In this document: in pieces, positions 1 through 13,300 of the stretch
How the letters are laid out: each line of letters starts with the position of its first letter
How positions within the stretch are numbered: position 1 is the stretch's first letter
Origin: Mobula hypostoma
Lineage: Eukaryota
DNA length: 64,000 nt
Direction of reading: 5' to 3'
Assembly (NCBI RefSeq): GCF_963921235.1
Contig: NC_086106.1
Location: forward strand, 22,754,001-22,818,000
Notes under the pieces: generated by a model
Told to the model about the DNA's origin: nothing
The model's input: only the letters and a program-made list of their open reading frames with translations
Databases searched by the model: none
Translations under genes and position numbers: made by a program

Positions 1-11
1 GCATGCCACTG
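1..11. mobile_element. Right terminal tip of a Tc1-family transposon cut by the window edge
   Basis: Window begins GCATGCCACTG followed by TA, identical to the right terminus of the Tc1 copy ending at 21230; TA is the Tc1/mariner target duplication. Confidence 0.55.
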
Positions 12-59
12 TATGTATTTTGTTACATCCCTCAAGGAATTCCACCTAGCTTCAATGGC

Positions 60-495
60 AAGGCCTGGCACTCACAAAGCTTGGCTGTCTATCCGTAAGC
101 AGATTATGTCTCTCCAAATGGTCATAAATTCTGCCCATCATCTTGCCAACCACTGAAGTAATACTCACTGGTGTATAATTTCCCGGGTTACCTCTAATCC
201 CTTCCTTGAATATGAGCAGAACGTCTGCAATCTTCCAATCCCCTGTACTTATCCCGTCCCTATTGATGATGCTCAGTTCATAGCCAGAGTTTCAACAATC
301 TACTCCCTCGTTTCACAGAGCAGACAGGGATATATGTTATCCGTTCCTGGCGAATTTTCTGACTTAGTACATTTCAAAAGCTCCAAAACCTCCTCTTTAT
401 TAATATCTATATGCTCAACGTTTCAGTCAGCTTGAAGTTATCTGTGCAATTGCCAATGTCCTTTTCACTGATGAATAATGAAATAAAGCATTCAA
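60..495 (-). mobile_element. Degenerate CR1 LINE ORF2 fragment
   Basis: Similar to the EN-RT linker and early RT of the other minus-strand CR1 copies (e.g. 23580-23770, 59050-59400); many stops. Confidence 0.55.
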
Positions 496-503
496 TAACT
501 ATT

Positions 504-1519
504 TCAGAATCAGAATCAGGTTTATTATCACTGGCATGTGACGTGAAATTTGTTAACTTAGCATCAGCAGTTCAATGCAATACATAATCTAACAGAGAGA
601 GAGAAAGAAAAAAGAAATAATAAATACATAATTAAAACGTAATAAAAAAAGAATAAGTAAATCAATTACGTATATTGAATAGATTATTTTTTAAAAATCT
701 GCAAAAAAGGAATCACTGTATATTAAAAAAACGTGAGGTAGTGTCTAACTGTTCACAGCCCATTTACGAATCGTATGGCACAGGGAAAGAAGCTGTTCCT
801 GAATCGCTGAGTATGTGCCTTCTTCCTTCTGTATCTCTTACCTGATGTTAACAGTGAGAAAAGTGCATGCCCTGGGTGGTGGGGATACTGAATAATGGAC
901 GCTGCCTTTCTGAGACACTGCTCACTAAAGACGTCGTGTGTACATTGTAGGCTAGTGCCTAAGACGGAACTAACAAGATTTACAACCTTCTGCAGCTTCT
1001 TTCAGCCCAGTGCAGTAGCCTTCCCATATCAGAATGTGATGCAGCATGCCAGAATGCTCTCCACGGTACAACTGTAGAAGTTTTTGTGTGTATTTGTTGA
1101 CATGCCACATCGTTTTAAAATTCTGGTATAGTATAGCCGCTGTAGTTCTGAGTTGCACGAAGTATGAGATACAGACAGAGATGGTGAGAATTAAACTACG
1201 GGTATTGGCGGTGCAGGAATTCACATTAAAAGGGTTGCTGAGCATGGGTGAGAGAGCACGGGTTAGGGTATTCTTTTTAGCTTTCTTACGGGGTACAGAG
1301 ATTTTTTTTTTAATAGCATAAGACGGGAAAACAGGAATAGGGCACTAGCATGGCCAAAGATGGGAGGATAAAGTGCAGGTTAGGCTATGTGCGTGTGTGG
1401 GGGGGTGTGTGTGTGAAGTGATTCAGAATGTAAGTCTATTGCACACTCCGGAGTAGAAGGGCAGAAGGTGGCTGTGATGCATCATGAAGCTGGGTGCCAA
1501 CCGCCATAAACGACCAAGT

Positions 1520-1554
<35 letters not shown>

Positions 1555-2160
1555 GGAGGAGAGAGAGAGAGTATAGCCGCTGTCCTGCCTTCTTTATGAA
1601 TAGATCAATATGTTGGTACCAGGATAGATCCTCAGAGATCTTGACACCCAGGAACCTGAAGCTGCTCACTGTGTTCACTTCTGATCACTCTATTAGGATT
1701 GGTATATGTTCCTTCGTCTTACCCTTCCAGAAGTCCACGACCAGCTCTTTCGTCTTACTGACGTTGGTTGGCAGGTTGTCGCTGCGTCACCAGTCCACTA
1801 GTTCGCATATCTCACTGCGGTACACGCTCTCGTCACAACCTGACATTCTACCAACAATTGCTGTATCGTCAGCAAATTTGTCGATGGAATTTGAGCTATG
1901 CCTAGCCACACAGTCATGTGTATACTGAGAGTAGAGCATTGGGCTAAGCACACACCCTTGAGGTGCACCAGCGTTTATCGTCAGTAAGGAGCATAGGTTC
2001 TCAACAATTTGCACAGACTCAGGTCTTCCGGTTAGGATGTCGAGGATCAAATTGCAGAGGGATGTAGAGAGGCCATTGTTCTGCAACTTCTCAATCAGTA
2101 TTGTGGGAATGATGGTGTTAAAAGCTGAGCTATAGTCGATGACAATTATCCTGACGAAGG
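504..2160 (-). mobile_element. Rex1/Babar-like LINE, 3' portion (RT pseudogene plus 3' UTR and short tandem tail)
   Basis: ORF 1787-2185 gives [10 protein letters not shown]...[10 protein letters not shown]...KFADDT (RT motifs); 1436-1678 gives FRFLGVKISEDLSW; tail CAGAATCAGAATCAG at about 505-519. Confidence 0.8.
1144..1569 (+). mobile_element. 5'-truncated Nimb/I-clade LINE 3' end inserted in the Rex1/Babar copy
   Basis: 14-bp TSD AGTATAGCCGCTGT at 1130-1143 and 1570-1583; encodes VQEFTLKGLLSMGERARVRVFFLAFLRG (recalled as a fish Nimb/I ORF2 C-terminus); (GA)n tail; about 260 bp shared with 49529-49811. Confidence 0.7.
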
Positions 2161-2189
2161 CGCTACCTTCTCCGGGTCCACGCAAATGT

Positions 2190-3250
2190 TACGACTTTCA
2201 CTCCTGATTGGTCCCATTATCACACGGATCACTCTCTTGCTCTGGACGTACTTATAGAATGCTTTGTGGTTTTCCATAATTTTTCACCCTGCGGCCTTTT
2301 CATGGTAGCTTCTTGCTTTCCGAAATTCATTCTTGAGCTCCTTTCTGGCACACTTTTAATTTTCTAGAGTCTTAACATTACAAAGTTTCCTGAACCTTTT
2401 GTAAGCTTCTCTTCTGTTCTTAACTGGATTTTCTACATTATTTGTACACAATGATTATTGTACCGTACCATCCATTCCATACTTCACTGGAAAATACCTA
2501 TGCAGAATACCATTTCTGCCATGCACTTTCCTGAGGACATCTGCTCCCAACGTCGGTTTACAAGTTCCTGCCCAATAGCAGCATATTTCCCCCTCTCACA
2601 AATAAAAGTTTTGCCAAACTTTCCGATCCCCTCCCGCTCCATCTCTATTGTAAATGAGATAGATTTGGGATCACTACGTCCAAAATGCTCTCCCACTGAG
2701 ATATCTGGCACCTAACCAGGTATAATTATCAATATCAAATGAACTGATCCTCTGCTCAACCTTCCTGAACACACATAACAAACTCCATCTTATCTAAACC
2801 CCTTGGTGGAACGAGATGCCGGTGAATATTAGAGTAGTTAAATTCACCTATCACAATAACCCTACTATTCCATAATCTGTCTCCTTATCTGCTCTACCGT
2901 GTCTCTATTACTATTGGGTGTCCAGTAAAAATCATCCAATTGAGTTGTTGCCCCCTTCCTGTTTCTGGCTTCCACCCACAATAACTCTGTAGAAAATCTC
3001 TTCATGCATTTCTCCTTTTCTGCAGCCGTGGTACTATTCCTGATTAAAATGCCACCTGATCCTCTTTTGCCTCTCTCCCTATCATTTTCTCTCCCCGGTC
3101 ATCCAAGACTGCGTAATGGCCACCATATCATATTTCCACGTTTTGCTGATCCTATATTGCAGGCACTGCCTTTTAAACCATCGCTGCTGCGTCTACAAAA
3201 GCTCGTAAACATTCAAACAGTCCGTGTATTGCGGCTAGTAATTGAGTTGA
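2190..3250 (-). mobile_element. Degenerate CR1 LINE endonuclease-region fragment
   Basis: ORF 2484-2711 ISVGEHFGRSDPKSISFTIEME resembles the APE C-terminal SDH motif region of CR1. Confidence 0.65.
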
Positions 3251-3296
3251 TTAATCTACCACTGATGTTCTCAAACAACAGTGTTTCTGAGTCAAC

Positions 3297-3597
3297 AATG
3301 GTGATGATGATGATGACGATGATGATGGTGATGATGATGATGACGTCGACGCAGGCCTGAGAGGCCAGCATAGAGCATTTTTCATGCCCTACAAGGCGCA
3401 GATCGGAAGGCTCTGCGGAGCGCCACTACTCGCAAAGATATTTAGCCGTTTTTTCTTTATTTTACGAAGTAGAGTTGTGAGCTTAACACTCAACCCGACA
3501 AAGATGGAAAGTGTACTCGGAAGCGGCCCGATTTGATTCGAACCGGGAACCTTCGTTACGGAGTTCGGCGCTGATGTCACTGCGCCACCAGCCGACC
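3297..3597 (-). mobile_element. tRNA-derived SINE with (CAT)n tail
   Basis: Minus strand begins GGTCGGCTGGTGGCGCAGTGACATCAGCGCC (A box) ... GGTTCGAATC (B box) and ends in a (CAT)n run at about 3297-3346; a shorter relative lies at about 55725-55820. Confidence 0.75.
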
Positions 3598-4099
3598 AAC
3601 AAGTCACTCTCAAATCCCTCCTTTTGCATAGTATATAACTGGAAAAGTTTAGAGTTGTCTGATATGCCAGAGGCTGCTGCAGGGAGGACTCTGTTCTTCT
3701 CATCGTCTTCATGATTTCTAGCCATGTATTTGGTGTCAACGTGCAACACGTACGGTTTGTCCCTCGTTGAAAAAAGCCTAAAGCCTAGTTTCAGTATAAT
3801 GAAAAACACGACTTTTTTTTTTTTGCAGCATTTGCAGCTGGATATATTGACAATCTTCACAGTGATTTAGGGTGATGGAAAGCAAGACTTCAAAAGCTGG
3901 TGATGTCAAGATTCCAACATGTGCAACGGTCCACTGAGGGTAAGAATATGTGTGGCTGATCTGTGGCTGATAATTCGAGTTATGATCAGTATTTCAGGAT
4001 TTTGGATCATTCGACCTCGTTTGACGAACAAAAACGATTGCTGAACTTTCTAAAGGTGTTTTACTTTTTAAATTTTTGTTCTGAAAATTAAATAATGCA

Positions 4100-5000
4100 G
4101 AGTAGGCAAACATGTGGAGAAAAATCATTGCAATCGGTGCTGCACAAAGATTCAGAAAGGAGGGTTATCATGAAGGAATTGCCCAATATCCAAGTGTCTG
4201 GGGAATTCAGAAACAGAAAGGAACTAATCGGAGTATATTCCGGAAACATATCCCCAACAGCAACAGAGGATCAGAGTTGCAGATCTGATTGCAGATTTAA
4301 GAAACAAGTAAGGTTGTAGGATTGTTGTCATTGATGACTGAATTTCCCTAGTATTTATTGTGAGCTCCTTCATGCAAAAGACTAGTTTATCCGAGACGAA
4401 TTAGAAGCGTTAAAACTAAACAGAGCGGCTAGAAGAATGGTCATGCTGAATCTGCTTTTAGGCAACGGCCGTGGACATTTGACAGATATTTCTGTGCGCA
4501 GGCATTTTAGTGCCACTGACCACAACGCACTGACATGTGCCATAGCTTTGGACAGCGGCAGGGCCAGATATATGAGAACATTGCAGGCTGTGAATTATGA
4601 TACTATTATTAATCTATTTGTTATCAAAGTTACGACGGGTAAAACACAATTCAAGAGAGGAGATATTTTAATGATGAACTGGATTTTTTTTCTGATTATT
4701 TTGTCCCAATGAGGCAGAGAAAGAGGGCAAGGGGATAGGGCCATGGTTGACAACAGACATGCAATATTTATTGAAGAACAAGAAGGAAACATGATTATGT
4801 TATCGGATACAACAATCACGTAGGACTTGTGTTAGTTATGAGGTAGCCATAAAGGAGCGATTAAGTATTCACATCGGATAACTAAAAGAAGATAAGAGAA
4901 AAAAAAAACTTGGTGCATAGGATTCCGGAAAAAAAAGGCATAAGGGGAATCACGGCCATGTGTATTGCAAGACAATGACGATAGTAAGAGTATGATATAT
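4100..5000 (+). mobile_element. Highly degenerate CR1 endonuclease-region fragment
   Basis: Translations LNLLLGNGRGHLTDISVRRHFSATDHN and ELIGVYSGNISP resemble the CR1 APE domain. Confidence 0.55.
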
Positions 5001-5399
5001 CTTGAATAAGACATAAAACATGCAACTGGATTTGGAAGTAGTAGTGGAGTTCTTTAATGAGTGACTCTCTTCGGTTTGTATTCGTCCATGTGACTTCGAT
5101 GAATGTGAGGGCACATTCATAACTGAAAACTGCTGGACACAGTCACGTTAAGAAGGTGAATGTGCTGGAATATTTTGGCCATAGGAGTCATACCAGCAGA
5201 TTGGAGTACGTTATATATTACCGCGTTTGTTCAAGAAATATAATACTTTTGGGTTGTGCGTGTACGAAAAAACGTTGTGCGTCATTTGTGCTTGGTTATT
5301 TTTTTTTATTATTATTTACAGCATGGAAGTTAAATAGTGACTAACAGACCAACCATTCTTGGAGCGACAATCGTAGGACCGTGTCTACAGCCAGAGCCG

Positions 5400-7445
5400 G
5401 AACCTATTGGCTTTGACTCAAAACGATTTGTGTTCAAAACTTTGAAGCCGAAGTAACAGGTAAGAAGGATATTTTTCCACTTTCGTTATTACAGATTTCG
5501 TCTTGCTTGCCAATTGTTCAGTGCAGGTAGGATGGCAGGTACGGCTGTGTAATATTCCCCCCAGTAGGATGTGGGCATTCGTGGAACCTGATGGCTCCTT
5601 GAAGACCGCATTCAGTTGCTGGAGCTGGAGTTGTGTGAGCTCAGGATTATCAGGGAGGAATAGCTATTTATAGTTAAGAGTTTTGAGCAGGTGGTTATAT
5701 TCAGAGTGCCGAATTCATGGAACTGATATGTAAACGACGACAGAGGTATAGGGTGAAAAAAGTTATGGTGAGTTCCCCAGGAACCATTCCCTTCAGCAAC
5801 AAATACACCACTTGAATACTGTTGCGGGGTTTACCTACTTAGGCAAGGCAGAAGCAGCTAGACAAACAGCACTGTGGTCTGATCTGGAAGAGTTCTGACT
5901 GTTAGGGAGACCCTTAAGAGTTTCTGCGGCAGAAAATGTGACGGTAGGGTGGCGGTTTGCCTTCCAGGTGCTAAGGTCCAGTCTATCTCTGTGCGGTTGC
6001 AAAATATTATTGAAGTGGAGGTTTGCAGCCAGAGTTCGCACTGCATATTATAGGCAGGAGTGGAGTAGAGGTGCTACGCAATAGGCTTAGAGATGTAGGA
6101 ATGAGGCTCAAAAGCATGACCAAGTTGGTAATCTCCATGTTACATCCGTTGCAACAAGCTAAGGGATGTCAGAATAGAAAGTTAGCGCAGACGAATGAAT
6201 AGTTACGGAAATAGTGCAGCGGGCAATGTTTCAACTTTGTGGCCAAATGGAATGTCTTGTGGGGAAGGAGTCACCTGTATAAGTGGAAAGGGTTAACAAA
6301 ATAAGAGCCCATGGAATTACGGGAAAGTTATATACGTGGAGAGAGCATTGGCTGATTGGCAGGAAACAGAGAGTGGGGATAAAGAGATCCTATTCTGGTT
6401 GGCTGCCGGTTACCAGTGGTGTTCTACAGGGGTTCGTGTTGGGGTTGCTTTTTTTTACATTGTACATCAACGATTTGGATTATGGCATAGATGTATTTGT
6501 GGCTAAGTTTGCTGACAATACGAAGGTAGTTGGAGGGGCCAGCAGTGCTGAGGAAACGGAGAGTCTGCAGAGAGACTTGGATAGATTGGAAAAATGGGCA
6601 GAGCAGTGGGAAATGAAGTACAATGTTGGAAAGTGTATGGTTACGCACTTTGGTAGGAAAAAAAATAAACGGGCAGACTATTATTCAAATGGGGAAAGAA
6701 TTCAAAGTTCGTAGATGCAATGGGACTTGGGAGTCCTCGTACAGGATACCCTTAAAGTTAACCTCCAGGATGAGTCAGTAGTGAAGAAGGTGAATGCAAT
6801 GTTGGCATACATTTCTAGAGGAATAGAGTATAGGAGCAGGGATGTGATATTGTGGTTCTATAAGGCGCTGGTGAGACCTCACTTGGAGTACTGTGGGCAG
6901 CTTTGGTCTCATTTAAAAAATGATGTGCTGACCTTGGAGAGGGTAAAGAGATGATTCACTAGAATGATTCCCGGGATGAGAGGGTTAACATATGAGGAAC
7001 GTTTGTCCGCTCTTGGGCCGTATGCCTTGGAGTTTAGAAGAATGAGGGGAGACCTCATAGAAACATTCAGAATTTTGAAAGGCATGGTCAGAGTGGATGT
7101 GGCCAGTTGTTTCCCATTATGGGGGGGGGGGGTCTGGTACGAGAGGGCATGACTTAAGGATTGAAGGACGCTCATTCAGAACAGAAATGCGGAGATTTTT
7201 TTTCAGTCAGAAGGTGGTGAATTTATGGAATTTGTTGCCACGGGCAGCAGTGGAGGTCAAGTCATTGGGTGTATTTAAGGCAGAGATTGATAGGTATCTG
7301 TGTAGCCAGGGCATCAAAGGTAATAGTGAGAAGGCGGGGGAGTGGGACTAAATGGGGGAGTGGATCAGCTCATGATAAAATGGCGCAGCAGACTCGATGG
7401 GCCGAATGGCCGACGTCTGTTCCTTTGTCTTACGGTTTTATGTTC
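5400..7445 (+). mobile_element. Internally deleted CR1 LINE (ORF1 esterase remnant joined to RT C-terminal half and 3' UTR)
   Basis: 6283-6714 TSGVLQGFVLG...YINDLD...KFADNTK; 6715-7351 LYKALVRPHLEYC-type and RRMRGDLIETF motifs; CR1-type 3' UTR ending about 7445. Confidence 0.85.
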
Positions 7446-7469
7446 TAATGGGTTGGAGCTGAACTGAAG

Positions 7470-8150
7470 GGGTACAAATATTGTGGGCAATGGACTGTGT
7501 AATGTTATTTGGGCGGGGCAAACTGGACTTGAATGGAGGTGGGGACCGAAGTGAAGAGGCAGCAGATTGGGCGGTTGGCGCAGACATGGATATAGCTAGC
7601 AGAGGGTTTGTAAGTAACGATATGGAGATGACAAAGCAGAGTTGCCTTCAGCCATATGTGTTGAGATATGTGCAATTTAATGCAAGAAGTGTTATGAACA
7701 TGGATGATGAACTAAGAGATGCAATACGTGGAACTATAACATTGAGACCAATAAAGAGACTTTGATGTCTCAGAAAAAGATAAGGGTCCTAGGTGTGCCG
7801 GGCTTAGATAATTCAAAAACAAATAGGAAGAAGGCACAATAGATGGGAGTGTGCATTTTATTCAGGGATAATACACCTCTGTAGAATAGTCAGCGTGCGT
7901 GGGAATTTGAACATAGAGGAGGCGCCAACTCTTTTGGGCGTTTTATATAGACCACCCCATCACCTCTCCTCCCAATAGTATCAGCGACATTAAATAGCTG
8001 ATACGGAAGCAGATTCTGGAGCCGTGCAATAATACTAGGCTTGTTGTGATGAACGATTTCAACGTTCCTAATATTGACTGGCATGTTCTTAGATCAAGTG
8101 GTCTTAATGGGGTGGATTCGTTATGTGTGTTCAGGACGATCTCCCGACGC
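7470..8150 (+). mobile_element. CR1 ORF1/endonuclease junction fragment
   Basis: YVQFNARSV and GVLYRPP...VVMNDFNVPNIDW-like translations (APE motifs). Confidence 0.6.
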
Positions 8151-9390
8151 AAAGATAGAAGAATAACAGTCAATTAATCCCATTAAAAAAAACATTAAAT
8201 CACCCTTATTGGACAAATATTAAATTATTTACAGCAGTTCTAATGTAACTGAAGTTTCATATCTTCTTTTCTAGACATGCACAGTATTTGACAATTGATC
8301 AACAGTTGTGACATCTGCAGAGTTGCGGTGAATACATTTTGTTTGCATTACATCCAGGCAATCAGTTCAATCATGAATCCATTGTAATAAAAGAAAGGAA
8401 AAAAATAAATCTAATATTCGACTGCTGTATCTGAGGAATTTCAGGGCTGGTGCTTTTTAAAGAAATACTGAGGGGCAACGAATACAATTCGTTTACTAAA
8501 AATTCAATATTGTCAAAATTGAAGAATGTTTCAAGATTCTAATAATAGCAGAATGGGAAAGGCTCTTGAAGCTGGCTGTTCATCTTGTCACCGTTTTGCG
8601 ACAGCTCTATCTACGTTTTTGGTATGTGAAAGAAGAGCGGATGTCCAGCACTGTAGTAGGTCTCGAACATTTTTGAATGCGTTCTAAGACACCAGCACGG
8701 CTACACAGAAATAATTCAAGTTATAATGCTTTAAGTAACATACTGGGAGATAATCACAACTCTCTTTGGTGTCTTTACAACCATGATGGTGTCATTGAAA
8801 AAAGAATGTGGTGAACGTGATCCCTAAAATGTTATATTCCCTTAAGCACATCGGTGTAGCGGTTCTGACGTTACAGTTATGCCAAACAGTCTAAGTGACT
8901 GAGCGATAAAAAAAAACGTGAGTCATGCTTAGACCTCGGAATTCTATCATCTCAAGCATTACCATGCAATCACCACTGTTACAAAAGACGTGATATCTTA
9001 CCATGACTGCCTCAATATGCAAGGGCTTCATACAACTAATCACACAGAAAAAAAAACAAAAATACGTCGCGCCTGTCACACTCGACATTTTCCTTCAATA
9101 TCACTATTTTGGTGATTTCCTTGTCCATTCGGCCTCCCCCCCCCCCCCCCGATCTCCCTGTTCGCCCTTACACTGGCTAGCATAAATAATGCAACACACG
9201 CCAATTTACCTCCACGGCAACATCAGCTAGGACACAACGGAAAATGTCCTTCCAGGCGAGATGACATTGTACCAACAAATATCTTCCGTCATCCCTTACC
9301 AGTAATGCGTGTGAAGAGCAACTTTTTAGTCAGCACGGCGATGGACATTTCGGAGGTACAGTTCAGCGGCGGTACATGTTTTTTTACAGT

Positions 9391-9906
9391 TAAGGTTGCT
9401 TTCTCATTCCCAAATAAGAGACAAAATTAGCAGTCAAATTTCGGGACACCTTACCTCAAAAGACTATCATGACCATGAAGCCTTGCGCGGGCACTTGTGT
9501 GCGCATGCGTGTCGTGCGCATGTAATATGCCCATGCGCGTACGAACTAATTTTTTCCCCGCGTATCAGTTTTCCCTTAATCTTCCCGACTATAGTGTACA
9601 TACAATTTTCTACTTTATATAGGGTGTGTATTTATCATATCATTCCTGCTTTCACTATATGTTAGTGTTATTTATTTTCGGTCTGATTTGTTAGGTTATT
9701 TTTCGGGTCGGGAACGCTCAAAAAAATTTATCATATAAATTAATGGTAATTGCTTCTTCGCTTAACGCCATATCAGCACAAAATGTTTCATAGGAACGCT
9801 CTACTTAGCGGGGCAAATACGGGACAAGAACGATCCCGTATGGGACAAACCAATTTAGCCCAATATATGGGATGTCCCGGCAAATAAGTGACAGTGGGCA
9901 ACCCTA
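9391..9906. mobile_element. Putative non-autonomous DNA transposon (MITE, possibly hAT-like)
   Basis: Imperfect terminal inverted repeats TAAGGTTGCT (9391) / GGCAACCCTA (9897-9906); repeated GGGAC subterminal motifs; no ORF; no clear TSD. Confidence 0.4.
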
Positions 9907-10249
9907 TGTTCAAGTTCAACAGTGCGTGACAGGGAATGAGGAAAGGTGCAGCTGACTCTTATCGTTTTCTCCCAGCCGGTAGCACATGTTCTGCGGCCCG
10001 GTGTTTGGGGACCCTGGATTAATTAGCCAGATGTATTCATTATGAAGGATCAATAAGAATACGTAAAGTGAACGTGGAGCGGCCTTTCTTGGAATGTCCA
10101 TTTATTTAAAGCGAGCGAGTGTTCATAATGGCTTTGGCCCATCAGGCGTAGGCGAAATAAAGTTCGGGTGAGGTAAATTGTATTTTAATGTACTTACCTA
10201 CTGTATTTGTTCATTCCATATCCAGTAGTGAATGGAGGATTATTGAGAA

Positions 10250-11806
10250 TGGCTCCAGGTGCAGTGATCTCTACTCGGTCTGGAATATGGCAAGTCTAAC
10301 GGCCGCCGGTGCCACAGATAAACACATCTGAACAAAGTTCCCTGAATTGCAGCTGTGATCGAACGAATTAAGGAACATGAGCAGCAGCTCGATGAGTCAT
10401 GTGGAGAAATGAGGAGGTGATCGGCAGGAGCTACAGAGAGACAATAATATCTTGGTTCCAGGTGTCAAGTTAGCCGGTAGCTATCAGTAGAAGTTGGGGG
10501 AATGCACAACAATTCCAAAGTACAATTATCTCCTTTCCCCTCCATAATAACTTTGATTGCAAAGGCTGACCAGGGGACAGGCATTTTAATGGAACTGTGG
10601 CACAGATTCAGGTGTTGTGGCTCAGATGAACAGCGAAATGAAGAAGTCTGCATTGTTGCTGGGAGAATACTTAGTCTGAGGAGCAATGCGAGTGTATGAT
10701 GGTGCCATAGAAAATTCGGGGCGGTATGCTCCTTCCGTCGTGCCGGGATCAGGAATGTATCGTTTGGGGTCCATAATTTGCATATTGGCAACAATTAATA
10801 GCTGGACAATTTGAGGAGGTTCGGAAGAAACAATTTATGGAGCTAGATATAAATCCGAGAAACAATAAATCTATGGTATTAATCTTTGGATTATTGCCGG
10901 TGTCTCATGCCATTGAAGGTGAGAATAGAATCATTTGGTAGGTGAATGCGTTACAATAGAAATGGTCATGGAGACAGTTGTTCAGATTTATTCATTAATG
11001 GCATTCTTCTGTCAAAGGTATGAAATGGGACGGGATGCTGCTGATTCCAATCCCCTTGCCAGCATGTTGGCTGGAGGTGTTCTGATTGTTTAAGCTAATC
11101 AGCAGGGCGATGTGAACCTGACCAATAGGGTTGAAAATGAAATAGTAAGCTTGCAAACGAAGGCGATCTGTCTTAAGACCCCAAACGAGGCGGGGCTGAT
11201 GATGTGGCAAACGTGCTGTCAACAGGTTATTATGCATTGTATAAATGGGCAAATCTCAAAAGAATTGAAAATGCTTCATTTCAACGCGCGCAGTGTACAG
11301 AATATGTAATTTGTAGAAAAGATTATTGTCAGGCTTAATGCTGTAGGCTTAATTTTATAGAATATACACTGATTCGAAAAGTGAGGCAGGAAGGGAGAGG
11401 GGTTGGTGTTCCTCCGTCAGAGTATGCCAACCCGTCTCCTATTAGAATACCGTGTGGTTGAGCCTACAGGAGGAACATCCTTTCTGGGTTTAATATTGTG
11501 GTATGATATGGAATTAATTAGAATGTGTTCGGTGGAAGAAACATGAGGGCAAGTGATCGAATTCACCTTGAATTTTGAGAAGAAGCTAAAGTCAGATGTG
11601 TCATTGTTTCAATGGATTAAAGGGAATTAGATGGAATTAGAGAGGAATGAGAGCGGTTAAGGAGCAGTTGGACAGAAATTATTGGTAAACATCATCAGCA
11701 GGGATTGGAGAGGCGAGATTGAATGCCGCTCCACTGAGAAAGATGCTGAAGAGAATTAATAGGGTACAAGAAAATGGTGGGTGTATTGAAAAAAATATAT
11801 ATGTAT

Positions 11807-11849
<43 letters not shown>

Positions 11850-13300
11850 GGATTAGTTCTCACTGTTGAAAACATGAAGAGTATAGTACAATTTCTCTTT
11901 TAGCGGTAATGAAGTCAATGAAGTTACCATGATTCGGAAGATTGGTTTGGGACACTGGAAGTTCTGAAGGGGGATAAGTTTTCTGGACCAAATAGCGTAC
12001 GCTCGTAAGTTATGAAGTTGGTGTCTGAAGAGATTGTGGGGTGATTATTAATGTTCCTTCAATTATTACTACTTTCTGTAATGTTTTTGGAAGACATTAA
12101 CATTAAAAATGCCAATCCGCTTTTCAACAGGGGGAGAGGAGGGTAACGGAAATCATACGCTTATTAGTCTGACTTCAGTGGTTAGGAAGATGTTGGCTAT
12201 GGTTCATGATTATATGTTTTCGGGATACCTGGATGCAAATGATTGAAAGGGTGTAGTAGACGTGGGTTCGTCATGGAAAATCGTGTCTTAATAATATGTT
12301 GGGGTTATTTGAAGATAGCAAGCAGGGTAGACAATCAGTTGATTTGGTGTATTTGGATTTGTCAGAACTCTCGTGAGAGGCGTAACACCTGTGGCTGCTT
12401 AACTGCTACCAGTATTACTGCGCAGATTCTGACATGGATCAACCAGTGGCTGACTGGCATGTCACAAAGAGTCAATGTAACGGAAGCACTTTCTAGTTGA
12501 CTGCAGGTGATGGTGTTGTTACACAGGAGACTGTGTTGGGATCGATTTTTTACTTCTATTGTTAATAACTTGGATTATTGGATTATTGCCTTTGTTGGAA
12601 GGTTTGCAGACGATACGAAGGTAGGTAGAGGTACAATATATTTGGAGAACGCGGTAAGGCTAAAGATAGTCGTAGCCAGGTTAGCAGAAAGGGCAAAGAA
12701 GGACAGGTGGAATACAGTGTGGGGAATCGTAAGGGAAATGAAAGTTTTGACAATTTACTAAATGACAATTTACTAAAATAGAAGTCGAACTTTCAGTCAA
12801 ATGAAATAAGGAATGCTTGTGCAAGGTTCCCTGAAGGTTAATATGCACGTTGGGTGCAATGAGGAAGGCAAATGCGATGTTAACATTCACTTCAATTGGT
12901 CAAGAATGTAAAACACAGGGATGTAAAATTGAGACTTTTGTTAAAGCACGGCTGAAGCCTTAACTAGAGTATTATGAGCAGTTTTAGGTACCGTACCTGA
13001 GAAAGGAAAGTACAGGCTGAATGTAAAAACAGTTCAGACAAAGATTACAAAAATCATTCGAGGTTTGAAAGGTTTGACAAATGAGGAGCTGTTAATGATT
13101 CTGTGTGCATAGTTGGAAGGACGAGCGGCGAACGCATTGAAATATATAGAATGGTAAAAACCTTGATAGAGCCGGTACAGAGAGATGATTCCCTTTATGG
13201 GAGAATCTATGAACAGAAGACACTACCTGAGAATAAACGGTGTGTTTTTAGAAACAGGATGAGGAGGAATTTATTCCGCCAGAAAGCGATGACTCATTGT
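10250..13300 (+). mobile_element. Old, heavily mutated CR1 LINE (ORF1, EN, RT remnants)
   Basis: LKMLHFNARSVQN (about 11260-11305), GRFADDTKVG (about 12595-12625), CR1-like 3' coding remnants to about 13300. Confidence 0.7.

Noticed and set aside
3540-3597. tRNA gene candidates (also 56930-56992)
   Set aside because: A and B boxes continue into SINE bodies and tails; no complete cloverleaf.
3858-3900. Isolated CACAGTG or CACTGTG heptamers (also about 14118, 22264, 32711, 38051, 41838, 50436, 56878)
   Set aside because: No matching nonamer at 12 or 23 bp where checked (3858, 50436); the others lie inside TE sequence with no adjacent V, D or J coding flank.
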